A stretch of 45,129 nucleotides of DNA. Source: a virus. Lineage: Duplodnaviria; Caudoviricetes. Both the position numbers and the translations under genes were made by a program. Below the pieces are notes generated by a model. The model did not search any database. It was not told the origin of the DNA and worked only from the letters and a program-made list of their open reading frames with translations. Location of the stretch: the IMG/VR virus record IMGVR_UViG_3300025594_000015, positions 1 to 45,129 of that record, one strand, 5' to 3'. This document shows, piece after piece, positions 17,756 to 28,700 of the stretch. The stretch's first letter is position 1. Each line of letters opens with the position of its first letter.

Positions 17756-19900
17756 TTATGAATAAATGTAAATGTCTTCGTTATCTGCTACAAATATGTT
17801 ACCTTTCTTCTGGAATTTAGCAACTACTGCTGTTGGAACATCTATTCCTGTTGCACCTTCTACTACCAATGACATAAATGAGTCTGGTGTATAAGCTTCT
17901 GTACTTGGATCAAATGAACCTGTTGTACTCCATCTTGTTGTTGCTGCATCGTAAGCAAACGCTTCACCATTTGCAGGACCATCTTGTTGTACTACAATAC
18001 CACCATCTCCAACTGCGGTTGAACCTGATGCCATTCTAATAAATCTATCAGCTACATCTAAATTCTGAGTGTTTTGGAAACTTGCTGTACCTGCAACTGT
18101 TAAGTTACCTGATACTACTGCGTTTCTTCCAATTTGAACATCTCTTGTTACAGTTAAATCTTGTCCGATTGTTACATCATCTGGTAAACCAATTGTTAAA
18201 GCAATATTTCCACCAATTGCTTGAGCGGAAGTATCTGATACTGTAATTTCATTTGTTGTACCTGCGAATGTTGCAGTTGTATCTCCTTCTACTGCCGTGT
18301 TAGCAGTTGAGCCATAATCTACAGCTATTGTTGGAGTTGAACCTTCACCCGTATTGGATCCAATTGTTACACCAGTTCCAGATCCAAGTGTAGCAACATA
18401 GTTACCTGTTGTATCAGTTCCTAAAGCAACTGAATTTGCGGCAACACTTGCTGCTTCTGTTGCAGTGGCAGCGTTACCTGTTGTATCTTGATTAAAGGTT
18501 GGGAAAGTATTTCCTGCACCTGTTAAATCTTTGTTTGTTAATGCTTGTGTAGCAGCTAATTGAACAATATTACTATTTGTAATACTTGCTATTTTAGTAG
18601 CTGTATCAGCATTACCAGTTAAAGCACCTACAAATGCTGTAGAAGTTACACTTGTTAATCCTGCAATTGTAGTTGTTGCTGCCGCACCTAATGTAACATC
18701 TGTTGTACCTAAAGTAATGCCATCATTTGCTAATTTAGCATTTGTTACTTCACCATCTGCTATAGCTGCTGTTCCAACTGCGTCATCTGCAATTTGTGTT
18801 GCTGTAATTCCATCATCTGATACTTTTACACCACCTGCTCCTACTGTTAAGGTAGAACCATCTGCTTCTACTGCAACTAGGATACCTGCTGTTCCTCCAT
18901 CATAAGAGAAATCTGCAATACCATTTCCATCCGCTAATGGGTTTGGAACGGCGTCAGATCCTGATACTACTCCTGAACCAGATAATATTGTAGCTGCTGT
19001 TATTGACCCTCCTAATGAAACATCAGTACCTGCAATTGTAATACCATCATTTGCTAACATTGCATTACTAACACCACCTGCTTTTATATTTATGGTATCT
19101 GTAGTAATTTCAAGTGAAGTACCATCTACATTTACTGCTAATGCTGATCCAGCACCACCTGATAAACCTGCTCCTGCTACTGAAGATGCAATTTGAGTTG
19201 CTGTAATTCCAGCATCTGCTACTTTTACACCACTTGCTCCAACATCTAATGTTGAACCATTTGCTTGTACTGCAAATGTTGCTGCTGCTGCTCCATCGTA
19301 AGGACCACCTGTTAAACCATTACCTGATGTTAAATCTGGAAGGTTTGTTGTTCCAATAAATGAACCGCTGAATGAACCAGTTGCTGTAACACCGGTAAGT
19401 GTTAAACCTGCTAATGTAGTTGCAGTTGTACCTAAATCTACTTCTGTAGAACCAAGTGTTACACTATCATTTACTAACTGAGAATTTGCAATATTTCCTA
19501 AAGTACCACCTAATGTGATTACTGGATCAACAGTATCTCCATCTGAAGTTAATGTTAAACCATTTTCAGTTCCAGTTGCTGATACAGTTTGTACTGTACC
19601 TGAACCTAAACCTGTTGCAGCAATACTAATACCACCTGCTGAATTTGTTACTGTAATATTTGATCCACCAGTAATAGTTCCTAATACAGGATCTGCTCCT
19701 GTAGAACCGATTACTAATTGACCATTCGTAGCTTGAGCAAGAGACGTAAGTGCTCCTGTTCCACTACCTACGACTAGGGCGCCGTCTGTAAAGGTTGCCC
19801 CACCTGTACCACCCGATGCTACGGGTAATGCTGTATCTAGGGTTAAGCTAGCTAACGCTGCTGATGATCCGGATACAATTACTTTTTTCCATGTTGCCAT
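17756..19900 (-). CDS. tail fibre / virion fibre protein (beta-shaft repeats)
   Basis: G/T/A/S-rich; LPVASGGTG motif; repeated NAxLANDGITxxGTDVxLG and DxGITATQIA; shares its N-terminus with the collagen fibres. Confidence 0.75.
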   Translation of the reverse strand: MATWKKVIVSGSSAALASLTLDTALPVASGGTGGATFTDGALVVGSGTGALTSLAQATNGQLVIGSTGADPVLGTITGGSNITVTNSAGGISIAATGLGSGTVQTVSATGTENGLTLTSDGDTVDPVITLGGTLGNIANSQLVNDSVTLGSTEVDLGTTATTLAGLTLTGVTATGSFSGSFIGTTNLPDLTSGNGLTGGPYDGAAAATFAVQANGSTLDVGASGVKVADAGITATQIASSVAGAGLSGGAGSALAVNVDGTSLEITTDTINIKAGGVSNAMLANDGITIAGTDVSLGGSITAATILSGSGVVSGSDAVPNPLADGNGIADFSYDGGTAGILVAVEADGSTLTVGAGGVKVSDDGITATQIADDAVGTAAIADGEVTNAKLANDGITLGTTDVTLGAAATTTIAGLTSVTSTAFVGALTGNADTATKIASITNSNIVQLAATQALTNKDLTGAGNTFPTFNQDTTGNAATATEAASVAANSVALGTDTTGNYVATLGSGTGVTIGSNTGEGSTPTIAVDYGSTANTAVEGDTTATFAGTTNEITVSDTSAQAIGGNIALTIGLPDDVTIGQDLTVTRDVQIGRNAVVSGNLTVAGTASFQNTQNLDVADRFIRMASGSTAVGDGGIVVQQDGPANGEAFAYDAATTRWSTTGSFDPSTEAYTPDSFMSLVVEGATGIDVPTAVVAKFQKKGNIFVADNEDIYIYS

Positions 19901-19949
19901 TGACTAATTGTTTTTTTTGATTATTATTAAGTTTTGAGAATTTTCTCGT

Positions 19950-19959
19950 TTATAAATAT
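19950..19959 (-). promoter_or_regulatory. late promoter motif ATATTTATAA
   Basis: Exact motif in the intergenic gap. Confidence 0.65.
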
Positions 19960-19997
19960 GCAACCTGTTTTATTTATTAATATTTTTCTAATTTTTT

Positions 19998-20999
19998 TTA
20001 AGTACCTTCAAACCCAAAAAACACAGATTCAGTTGTAAAATACATATGCCCTGGTTCAGGGGTTGGTTCAAAACCATCAGGTTGAACTCTAAATATAGCT
20101 ATACCTTCACTATCTATTTTAAATAGACTTTGTGTTACCGCAGTTGTATTATTTATTAAGAAATGTTCTTCAGTATCTAATGATATAATACTACTACCTG
20201 TTACACTTAAACTTCCTGTTATTTGAGCTGATCCTGTATAAGGAAAACCATCTGATTCTGTAAGTGCTTGATCTATTACTCCTACTACGGTTTGTTGATA
20301 ACCTGCTACAGTTGAACCTACTGCGGTTCCTGTAATATAACTTGGATCAAATATTGTTACTGCTGAGGCTGTTTCTGATAAAGCTCCAATAGCTAATGTT
20401 TGATTTGCAGAGGTAAATAAGGCATTTCCACTATCCGCTTCTGTATCTTCTCCTGCCCATTCTACAAATGCTGATATTTCAGCACTACCTATACTTCTAT
20501 AAGGTACATCTGTTATTTTATAGTTAAAAAATCTACCGTTAATTTGTGTACCACCAAGTGTAGTTGATGCTTGTCCTATAATAGCATATAATGGGCTTAA
20601 TGCTTCATCATAATCTGATTCTAAACTACCTGTGATATCATTTACATTAATTAGATTCTGTGGGTCTAAAAATGATGCTGATGAAAAGTAGTATTTACCT
20701 GCTGGTAAAGAAGCTCCAAATACATTCGTTACATTACTTGTTGCGTTTTGATCTACTGTTATTTGTGTCGCACTATCTATACTAAGGATTGTAGGATTTG
20801 AAGCATACCCTCCACCAAAAGATTGTATGGTCATACCTACTCTTAATAGACTTGGATCTTGAACCCCACTTTGTCCCGTAATCCCTGTAATTCTATCATC
20901 TCCTGATGAAATAGTACCATTTATAAATACTATATTATTGTACTGTGGGGTTACATTTGATACCCTACCAATAAAAAGTTGTTTTTCGTATCCGGCCAT
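19998..20999 (-). CDS. virion structural protein (fibre-associated)
   Basis: FPYTGSAQITGSLSVTGS fibre-like motif; location within the fibre cluster. Confidence 0.6.
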   Translation of the reverse strand: MAGYEKQLFIGRVSNVTPQYNNIVFINGTISSGDDRITGITGQSGVQDPSLLRVGMTIQSFGGGYASNPTILSIDSATQITVDQNATSNVTNVFGASLPAGKYYFSSASFLDPQNLINVNDITGSLESDYDEALSPLYAIIGQASTTLGGTQINGRFFNYKITDVPYRSIGSAEISAFVEWAGEDTEADSGNALFTSANQTLAIGALSETASAVTIFDPSYITGTAVGSTVAGYQQTVVGVIDQALTESDGFPYTGSAQITGSLSVTGSSIISLDTEEHFLINNTTAVTQSLFKIDSEGIAIFRVQPDGFEPTPEPGHMYFTTESVFFGFEGT

Positions 21000-21030
21000 T
21001 ATTTTTTATATTTTTTTATTGGTTTTTTAA

Positions 21031-22872
21031 TTAAAATTGAAATCTTATTAAGTTGTTTACTGCCGTTGCTAATCCTCCTAACGTAAACACATTAAAATTA
21101 GAAGATGTATTACAAGTAACGGATGGGGATGTTAAAGGTGAACCATTTGATATATTCCAACATGAAATTATTGGTGGGTTTTGATTAGTTATTGACGTAT
21201 TTGCACCTGCTCCATTTCCTATGCTAGAAGGCATAGTTAAAGTGAAATCTGCAGTAAACTCTGTTCCTCTTGTTACTGTCATTGATAATATTTGTATATT
21301 TCCTGCTGAAGGGGATGATACTGTTGCTGTTGTACCTGTAAATGAAGTAACTTTAGCAGCAGGTATGTATGCTGCATCTGCTCCAGTTGCTGCTCCAGAT
21401 GTAGATGAAGTATAATCAAATTCATTTGTTGAAACATTTGAAACTGTAACATATAAATAACTATCTACTCCTCCTCTTACTACTATAAAATCACCATTTG
21501 TTAAACCGTGTGCACTTGATGTAATAGTTACAGTAGATCCTACCCTTGTATAGTCTAAACCTTTAAATACATCTCCAGTAGACATTATTTGAAATTCTCT
21601 TGTAGAAGCTACAGGAGAAGCTATATATCTAATCGTATTGCTTATTTCAGGATTTACTCCTCCACCACCTGCACCTGTTATACCTTGAGCTCCTATTATA
21701 CCTTGAGCACCTTGAGCACCTACACCTTCATTACCCGTTATACCTTGTAAACCTTGTAAACCAGTATTACCCGTTATACCTTGTAAACCTTGTGCTCCTA
21801 CACCTGTTATACCTTGCAAACCTTGTGAGCCTGCACCTGTTATACCTTGTAGACCTTGTAAACCAGTATCACCTGTTATACCTTGTAAACCTTGTGCTCC
21901 CGCACCTGTTATACCTTGTAGACCTTGTAAACCAGTATCACCTGTTATACCTTGTAAACCTTGTAGACCAGTAATACCTTGAGCACCTTGTGTGCCTGCA
22001 CCTGTTATACCTTGTAGACCTTGTAAACCAGTAATACCTTGAGCACCTTGTGTGCCTGCACCTGTTATACCTTGTATACCTTGAGCGCCATCTGCACCAG
22101 TAATACCTTGAATACCTTGAGTACCTTGTGTTCCTGCTCCTGTTATACCTTGTAGACCTTGTAAACCAGTATCACCTGTTATACCTTGTAAACCTTGAAT
22201 ACCCTGTGAACCCGGGTTACCTATTATACCTTGAGCACCTTGAGTACCTTCGCTACCATCTCCACCTATTATACCTTGAGCACCTTGTGAACCAGGGTTA
22301 CCTATTATACCTTGTGCACCTTGTGCACCTGTACCATCTGCACCTGTTATACCTTGAATACCAATTATACCTTGTGCACCTTGTGCACCTGTACCATCTG
22401 CACCTGTTATACCTTGAGTACCTATTATACCTTGTGCACCTTGAGCACCATTTGCACCTTGAGCACCCTTTGTACCTACACCACCTGTTATACCTTGAGT
22501 ACCTTGTGCACCTTGTGCACCTTGAGCACCATTTGCACCTTGTGGACCTGTTGCACCTATTATACCTTGAGCTCCTTGAGGTCCTGTTGCTCCTGATGCG
22601 GATGCTCCTCTAAAAAGTTCTCCATCATCCTTTATTAATAACATTGGATAAGCTTGTTCTCCTGGAGTTGTTGCTTCGTTTTCGTATGCTCCTTTTAAAG
22701 TTACAGAGCCTGTGGTTGAAAAAGACCCGGTCATTTTAAATGACCCTGAAAGGTTATATGATGTATTTCTATTATTAGTAAAAGCATCTACTATTTGTTT
22801 TACTTGTATTGCTTCTACTGTTTCTCCTGTTTGTATCCCTGCTCCGGATAATGTAGATTCTTGGTCTGCCAT
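21031..22872 (-). CDS. collagen-like fibre protein with C-terminal beta-sandwich domain
   Basis: GXY tract at about 21660-22595; C-terminal TVTITSSAHGLTNGDFIVV; no S74 domain. Confidence 0.85.
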   Translation of the reverse strand: MADQESTLSGAGIQTGETVEAIQVKQIVDAFTNNRNTSYNLSGSFKMTGSFSTTGSVTLKGAYENEATTPGEQAYPMLLIKDDGELFRGASASGATGPQGAQGIIGATGPQGANGAQGAQGAQGTQGITGGVGTKGAQGANGAQGAQGIIGTQGITGADGTGAQGAQGIIGIQGITGADGTGAQGAQGIIGNPGSQGAQGIIGGDGSEGTQGAQGIIGNPGSQGIQGLQGITGDTGLQGLQGITGAGTQGTQGIQGITGADGAQGIQGITGAGTQGAQGITGLQGLQGITGAGTQGAQGITGLQGLQGITGDTGLQGLQGITGAGAQGLQGITGDTGLQGLQGITGAGSQGLQGITGVGAQGLQGITGNTGLQGLQGITGNEGVGAQGAQGIIGAQGITGAGGGGVNPEISNTIRYIASPVASTREFQIMSTGDVFKGLDYTRVGSTVTITSSAHGLTNGDFIVVRGGVDSYLYVTVSNVSTNEFDYTSSTSGAATGADAAYIPAAKVTSFTGTTATVSSPSAGNIQILSMTVTRGTEFTADFTLTMPSSIGNGAGANTSITNQNPPIISCWNISNGSPLTSPSVTCNTSSNFNVFTLGGLATAVNNLIRFQF

Positions 22873-22893
22873 GATGTATTGGTATTTATTTTA

Positions 22894-22903
22894 TTATAAA
22901 TAT
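22894..22903 (-). promoter_or_regulatory. late promoter motif ATATTTATAA
   Basis: Exact motif 21 nt upstream of the 22872 start. Confidence 0.65.
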
Positions 22904-22911
22904 ATAAAAGG

Positions 22912-23970
22912 TTATTGTCTGTCAATGTTTACTAAAATTGTTGTATCAGTAGTTCTTGATGTAGGAAGTGGCTGTGCCATTTTCCCAATTGCTACTAATT
23001 CGTTGCTATTATTGTATAAGCCTACTGTTGTAACATATGGGGAAAAATATGACCCCGTGGCATATGAATAAACAGTACCGTCATTACTAGAACCTGATAT
23101 AGTGGAGGGATTTAGTGTATAATTAAATTCACTTTCTCCAATAGTACATTTATATTGCGTTTCATAAATAGTAAAAGAAGATGAAAAGGATACAGTTATA
23201 TTAAGAGTATCTATAAGGTTTTCAACATCATTATTTCCTACTGTTCTTCCACCATATATACCGTCTCCATATTCCGCACTACCCCAATACCCTTCTTCTC
23301 CAATTCCTTCTTTTCTACTTCCACCAGTAAAAACAATCATACCTTGCCCATAAATAACATTACCTACTACGGTTACAGTATCATTTATATTTGTTCTTAT
23401 TAGTTTACCTTCACCATCATCATAATAACTTCCACTGGGGGTAGTGATGTTAATAGAACTAGGTAAAATATAATCTCCAAATAAAGATTTGGGTATTGAT
23501 ATTACTCCTATAGTAGGAGATATTTCTGTGGGTTCACCATAAACATCTTCTCCATATATAGCTTCCCCATATAAGGGACCAAGTAAGGTTCGTGTTGTAT
23601 AAGAACTAGTTGGCCAATATTTTTCTGGGTTTAAATCAGTTTGATCAAAGTTTTCAAAGGCATTTGAATCTATTATACCATGAGTAGTACCATCTGGGGA
23701 TATTGATTGTGTATTAGCTATTTGTACCTCGCCATTACTACTTGAGATGTAATTTGAATAATATAATTGTTGAGCAGAATAATATACAGAAGACTGTGAA
23801 TATTCTGTTATATACCCTGTAGCACTAGAAGTTTGGAATTTTGCTCCTAAAAAACGATCAACCCCTACATCAGAAGCAGTTAAAGCATTTCCAGTAAATG
23901 AAAATCCTTTAGTTAGCTCTAAAGGTGATATTATTATATCTTGTGAGTTTAATGTTTTGTAAGCGCCCAT
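22912..23970 (-). CDS. baseplate/tail-collar-like structural protein
   Basis: C-terminal PYVTTVGLYNNSNELVAIGKMAQPL; paralogous to the next gene. Confidence 0.6.
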   Translation of the reverse strand: MGAYKTLNSQDIIISPLELTKGFSFTGNALTASDVGVDRFLGAKFQTSSATGYITEYSQSSVYYSAQQLYYSNYISSSNGEVQIANTQSISPDGTTHGIIDSNAFENFDQTDLNPEKYWPTSSYTTRTLLGPLYGEAIYGEDVYGEPTEISPTIGVISIPKSLFGDYILPSSINITTPSGSYYDDGEGKLIRTNINDTVTVVGNVIYGQGMIVFTGGSRKEGIGEEGYWGSAEYGDGIYGGRTVGNNDVENLIDTLNITVSFSSSFTIYETQYKCTIGESEFNYTLNPSTISGSSNDGTVYSYATGSYFSPYVTTVGLYNNSNELVAIGKMAQPLPTSRTTDTTILVNIDRQ

Positions 23971-23976
23971 TCATTT

Positions 23977-25011
23977 TTAAAAATCTAGTTTAACTCTAAC
24001 AAGAGCTTCTTTTGTGAAATCTTTGTTTAAAGGTTTTGATAATTTTGCTACCGCTAACAGTTCATTTGAATCATTATATAATCCAATTGATGTCATATAT
24101 GTTTGAGGGTTATTAATAAAGTAATTATAAATAACTTCCCCAGTTGATCCTGAAATATATGATGGGTTTTCTGAATAATTGAATTCACTATTTCTTGCTC
24201 TAATAAATACAAAATCTGAAGTAATTGTTTCTTCTGAGTTTAATCCAAATGAAGAACCTGTTTTAAAACTGTTAAGTAATTTTACTGGGTTAGTAGGATC
24301 GGAAATTGAGTTTAAGTCTTGGTTTGTACCTAAAGATATTCCTCCATCTGCTCCAGATAAATCTAAAGCATCTCCATTTAATAATATTGTTCCAATATCT
24401 GGTAAAAATAAACCATATGAACCACTTTTTTCTGTATATCCGGTACCACCTGAACCTGAGTTATATGAAAAACCATCAGATCCACTAATTACTTCATATG
24501 CTCTCATTGTACCATAAAAAGTTGGTACAGTAACCATATTTGAATTATCAGTTAAAGTTACTTGTTGATTTGTAGGACCAGTTAATATTACATTTAATGA
24601 ACCAGGGAATAAAGATTGTTTATAAGCTGATCTTTCTACACTAACAGCATAAATTGAACTACCTGTAACACCTCCAAATACAAAAGATCCATTTTCATCT
24701 TCTAATACTAGTGTTCTATATTGCCCATAAATTGTAGAAGCTGGGGATACATTAGGCACTGCTGGTTGATTATAAGCAAGAGCTCCTCCTCCTGTTTCGT
24801 TACCATAAGCAATTTCAAATTGGGCTTGTGAACCAGCATCACCCTGTTCAAGGTTATATACTGTTGTATAATATTTTCCTGATTCTGCTACTACTTGACC
24901 CGATCTTGTAAAGAAGGTTGTAAGTACTGGTGCGTTATTTGTCCAACAGGTGGAAGTTTGTGCTTGTGCACTTACTACAAAATCATCTGCTTCTAATCTT
25001 TTAAATCCCAT
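23977..25011 (-). CDS. baseplate/tail-collar-like structural protein
   Basis: C-terminal EFNYSENPS...TYMTSIGLYNDSNELLAVAKLSKPL. Confidence 0.6.
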   Translation of the reverse strand: MGFKRLEADDFVVSAQAQTSTCWTNNAPVLTTFFTRSGQVVAESGKYYTTVYNLEQGDAGSQAQFEIAYGNETGGGALAYNQPAVPNVSPASTIYGQYRTLVLEDENGSFVFGGVTGSSIYAVSVERSAYKQSLFPGSLNVILTGPTNQQVTLTDNSNMVTVPTFYGTMRAYEVISGSDGFSYNSGSGGTGYTEKSGSYGLFLPDIGTILLNGDALDLSGADGGISLGTNQDLNSISDPTNPVKLLNSFKTGSSFGLNSEETITSDFVFIRARNSEFNYSENPSYISGSTGEVIYNYFINNPQTYMTSIGLYNDSNELLAVAKLSKPLNKDFTKEALVRVKLDF

Positions 25012-25021
25012 ATCTTTTTTA

Positions 25022-25687
25022 TTATGTTGTTGATTTAGTTATTGTTATTGGAATAGTAATTCTTGCCCCACTATCTAAACCTGTAAATGTTAAAGTACTT
25101 AATAAAGTTGCATTTGCCCCAAACAATGTATTTACTGTAGTTGCTCTTAATGTAACCTGTGTACCTGTTATAGTTGAAGAAACATTTGTTCCTAAAGTTG
25201 TTGTTGAATTAACATTAGCAGTTGTTGAGGCTGCTGTATTAATACCAGTTGCTTCAAAAGTATTTAATAAACGAACATCTGCAATAGTTACACTATAACC
25301 TGATGTTTCAAACACTTGATCATTACCTAAGTAATTTAATGTTTGAGGGGTAATTGCTAATGTAGCACCTTGTTGAAGTGTTACTGCATTATACCCAACA
25401 TTTAATACTGGTAATTTAGCTGTACCTCTTGGTAGTGTTGCTAATTTATATTTCATTATTTGTGATTCAAGAGGAAATGCTTCTAATAAAGGCATTCCAT
25501 CTATAGCTTCACCATAAAACTGTGAACCAGAAGGGTGTGATGGATTATAAAGTGTATAATCTATTTCATCATCTGCTAAAGCAAATTGTGTGATTCTAAA
25601 TGAACCGTCGTTAGCTGCTAACAATTCTCTACCTTTTGTTGTTAAGATAGCATCAACTGTTATTACTGAATTGTTTAAATATCCCAT
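25022..25687 (-). CDS. baseplate/tail-collar-like structural protein
   Basis: N-terminal DAILTTKGRELLA...ITQFALADDEIDY, resembling the N-terminus of tail-collar fibre domains. Confidence 0.6.
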   Translation of the reverse strand: MGYLNNSVITVDAILTTKGRELLAANDGSFRITQFALADDEIDYTLYNPSHPSGSQFYGEAIDGMPLLEAFPLESQIMKYKLATLPRGTAKLPVLNVGYNAVTLQQGATLAITPQTLNYLGNDQVFETSGYSVTIADVRLLNTFEATGINTAASTTANVNSTTTLGTNVSSTITGTQVTLRATTVNTLFGANATLLSTLTFTGLDSGARITIPITITKSTT

Positions 25688-25706
25688 TTGTGTTTATTAT
25701 TATATG

Positions 25707-25716
25707 TTATAAATAT
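25707..25716 (-). promoter_or_regulatory. late promoter motif ATATTTATAA
   Basis: Exact motif 19 nt upstream of the 25687 start. Confidence 0.65.
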
Positions 25717-25717
25717 G

Positions 25718-28700
25718 TTAATCTATTAGTTTGTTGTCCCTTAGTTGGATTAATGCTTCATCTGGTGTAAGTTCTATTTCTTTTATTGGAAAATTTGGAA
25801 ATAAGAAACCAGAAGGTGTGTTATTTTTCTTTAATAATGGTGAGTACGTTGTTATAATACTTCCAGATTGCTCCTGTGTAGTAAAAGACCCAGTAGCATT
25901 TTGTGGGGTAGGAGGTTGTCCCGTATCAGTACCATATACTAAATCTTGATTTTGTGATGGTATGAATTCTCTTTTTATCGGTAATTCAGCATAAGGAAAA
26001 GTTTGATTTATTATTATTGATGAAGGTTCAAACCTCCATCTTCTTAATAAAAAGAAATCTTTATTAATAGAAGGATCAACTGATCTGTCTAATAATAATA
26101 ATAACTGTCTATCATTATTTTCTCTTTCTTCTGGAGTTTTTACTCCTAAAACATTAAATACCTGAGATTCATCGTTAATAAATCGTATTTGATCACCTAC
26201 TTCTACTGTCCATGGAATGTTAAAATTAGGTATTACAGTATCCTCTGGTTCAAACCCACCTGGAAATCTTGAACTTGGTCCTGGAAGATAATTTAAAGAT
26301 TGTTGTGATCTACCTGAATTATAATAATCATTTCCAAAAGGTTGTGGAGAATATGTTGGTGGATCTGATCCTGGGTCTGGTTGATAATTATTAGCATTAG
26401 ACAAATATATTTGTTGGTCTAATTCATAATTAGTTCCATCCTCCCTTATAAATAATTCTGTAGTTGAACTATCAGGAAATACCCAAAATGGAGTTACCAT
26501 TGATCCTGCACTTTCAGCTTGGCCTTCATCTTCTGTATTAGAATTAATTATTAAATTTACAAATGGGCCTTCTACTGCTGGGGTTATTAATTGACCACCA
26601 TTTATTTGTGGTCTATTTATTGGATTCCAATAATTCCTAGGGGGATCAACATTTTCTGATAAATAAGTTTGTGATACCTTAATTCTATATGGTCTATTTG
26701 ATTTTATAATTTCGCTTGGAGCATTTTTTATCCCTATATCTAAGGTAGCATATGTAGCCCCATAAGCATTTTGACCACTTTCATTAGCATAATTCCTAGT
26801 ATCATGAGCTCTCATATTAACTCTAAGTTTAAAACCATTATCTACTAACCCAACATTTTGTGCACCATAAGCTGAAGCTAAAGGTATACTAAGTATACTA
26901 CCACCTGCATAATGAAGAACTAATTTAACTTGTTCTATTAAACTTAATTTTATATTTCTCCATGCAAACTGTCCAAAGGCATTTCGTTTATATGCTTGAA
27001 GTGATATTTCAAATGTACCTACTTCACCCCCATTGTAATTGGAACCATCATTCCAACCACCTGTAGATGTTCTAACTTCTTGTGGTGGTGTTGTAGGGAA
27101 TTTTCCACTAAATTCTATAGAATAAGGAGCAGATAAACCATTTGTACTTCCAACTGGTTCTTTGGGATCTGTAATAAAAAATACATTACCTAAAGATGCA
27201 TTAGGATCAGTGGCACAAGCAGCGTTTGTTATAATAGGATCATCACATGAATCTGGGGTTATATCAGGACCAAAATTATTTAAATAATTAACACCTGCTT
27301 GTAAAGTAGTAGCGGATACACTTCCTAATAAGTTACTGATATTAATATTTTTGTTAGCTGGGTTAACACCGTTTGCTGGGACAAATAAAGCACCATTATA
27401 ATTCATACCATATTCTGTATATGGTTGAGTATATTCTGGGATTGATTGTCCTTTTAATGGTATAAAAGATTGATAACCATTAGAAGATGTTTGAGAATAT
27501 AAAATAGGTACTAATTGTTGTGCTACCTTTTCTATTTCTTGATCCCCATTTAGAAAGTTATATGCTGTTGATCCCTCCACTTGGTTCATTGCTACCTTAC
27601 CTGTCTCTATTAAATCTGGATCATTACTATTAGTTGTTTCTTTCCAAGTACTTTTAATATCAAAAGCGGTATAAGGTGATAAGTTTGGATTATTAGCATC
27701 TCCTGTCCCATTAATTAGATATTTAACATTAAATTGTACTTTATCGTTTATTACAGGATAGGGGTCTGTTATTTGTTCAGCATATGCAAAATTTGTGTTT
27801 AAATAATCAACTACAGGAACATTACCATATGTATATTGAATTGGTGACTCTGAAGATGAAAGATTAAAATCATCTGATGTTGATCTTGACCCAACATATC
27901 TAGGATAAATACTAGTTAGTTGAGTATAGTTTGAGGAGGGTACTGTAGATTTTAATGCTGATCCTGAAAGTATCAATTGAAAATTTGAAGGTGTATAAGG
28001 ATCAACTGAGTAATTTACTATTTGTATTTGTCCATTTTCTCTTTCACCAACAACATTATTTAATAAAGGTTGACAATCAACCTCGTTATCAAATCCATTT
28101 GATCCCGAAAAGGCATTTTCTATAACTGTTGGAACTAAACCATCTCCTTCTATTAATCCCGCAGGTGTATTAAATTCTAATTCATAATGTCGTACTACTA
28201 AAGAATTTTCTACTGAAGCAGAATTTGCTGACCCTGATGATACTTGTAATGCTAAAGATAAACAATCCTTAATATTAATAGATTGGGAGGGTATTAAATA
28301 ACTCATAGTAATGGCATAACCACCCAGATGAATTGAATCATTTTTAAATTGAGATTCTGTTACAAAATTATTAGCTGTTGTTGGAATACTAAGTGGGTAA
28401 CTACCAGTATATAATCGAATTGAAGCGGTAGGCCAAGTTGGACCATCGCCGTCTTCACCCTCTCCATATACGTCTGTGGCATATATAGCAGATGCGTATT
28501 TTGCACCTTCATCATCGCTACCAGTCCATGCCGCTAAAAACATTGATGCTGTTACTTGTACATCATTTTGTGGGAGTTGATTAAAAACATATAAACCATC
28601 TATACTAGAAGATAAAGATTGTGAGAATGAAATATAAACATCACTCCATCTAGTTGCAAATAAATCTGGGGGTATTATGTTTTGGTTATTAGCATTAGGG

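Noticed and set aside
19936-19947. GAGAATTTTCTC inverted repeat in the leader of the 714-aa fibre
   Set aside because: Only a 4-5 bp, largely AT stem; too weak to call a terminator or RNA element.
6995-22613. Many short alternative-frame and antisense ORFs (VLKV/YKV-rich, PCKPCK, CTLCT, LLYL repeats)
   Set aside because: They are shadows of the 9-nt collagen periodicity and lie wholly inside the fibre genes.
4126-22872. Diversity-generating retroelement targeting the fibres
   Set aside because: No reverse transcriptase in the window, and no repeat pair differing only at adenines was seen.
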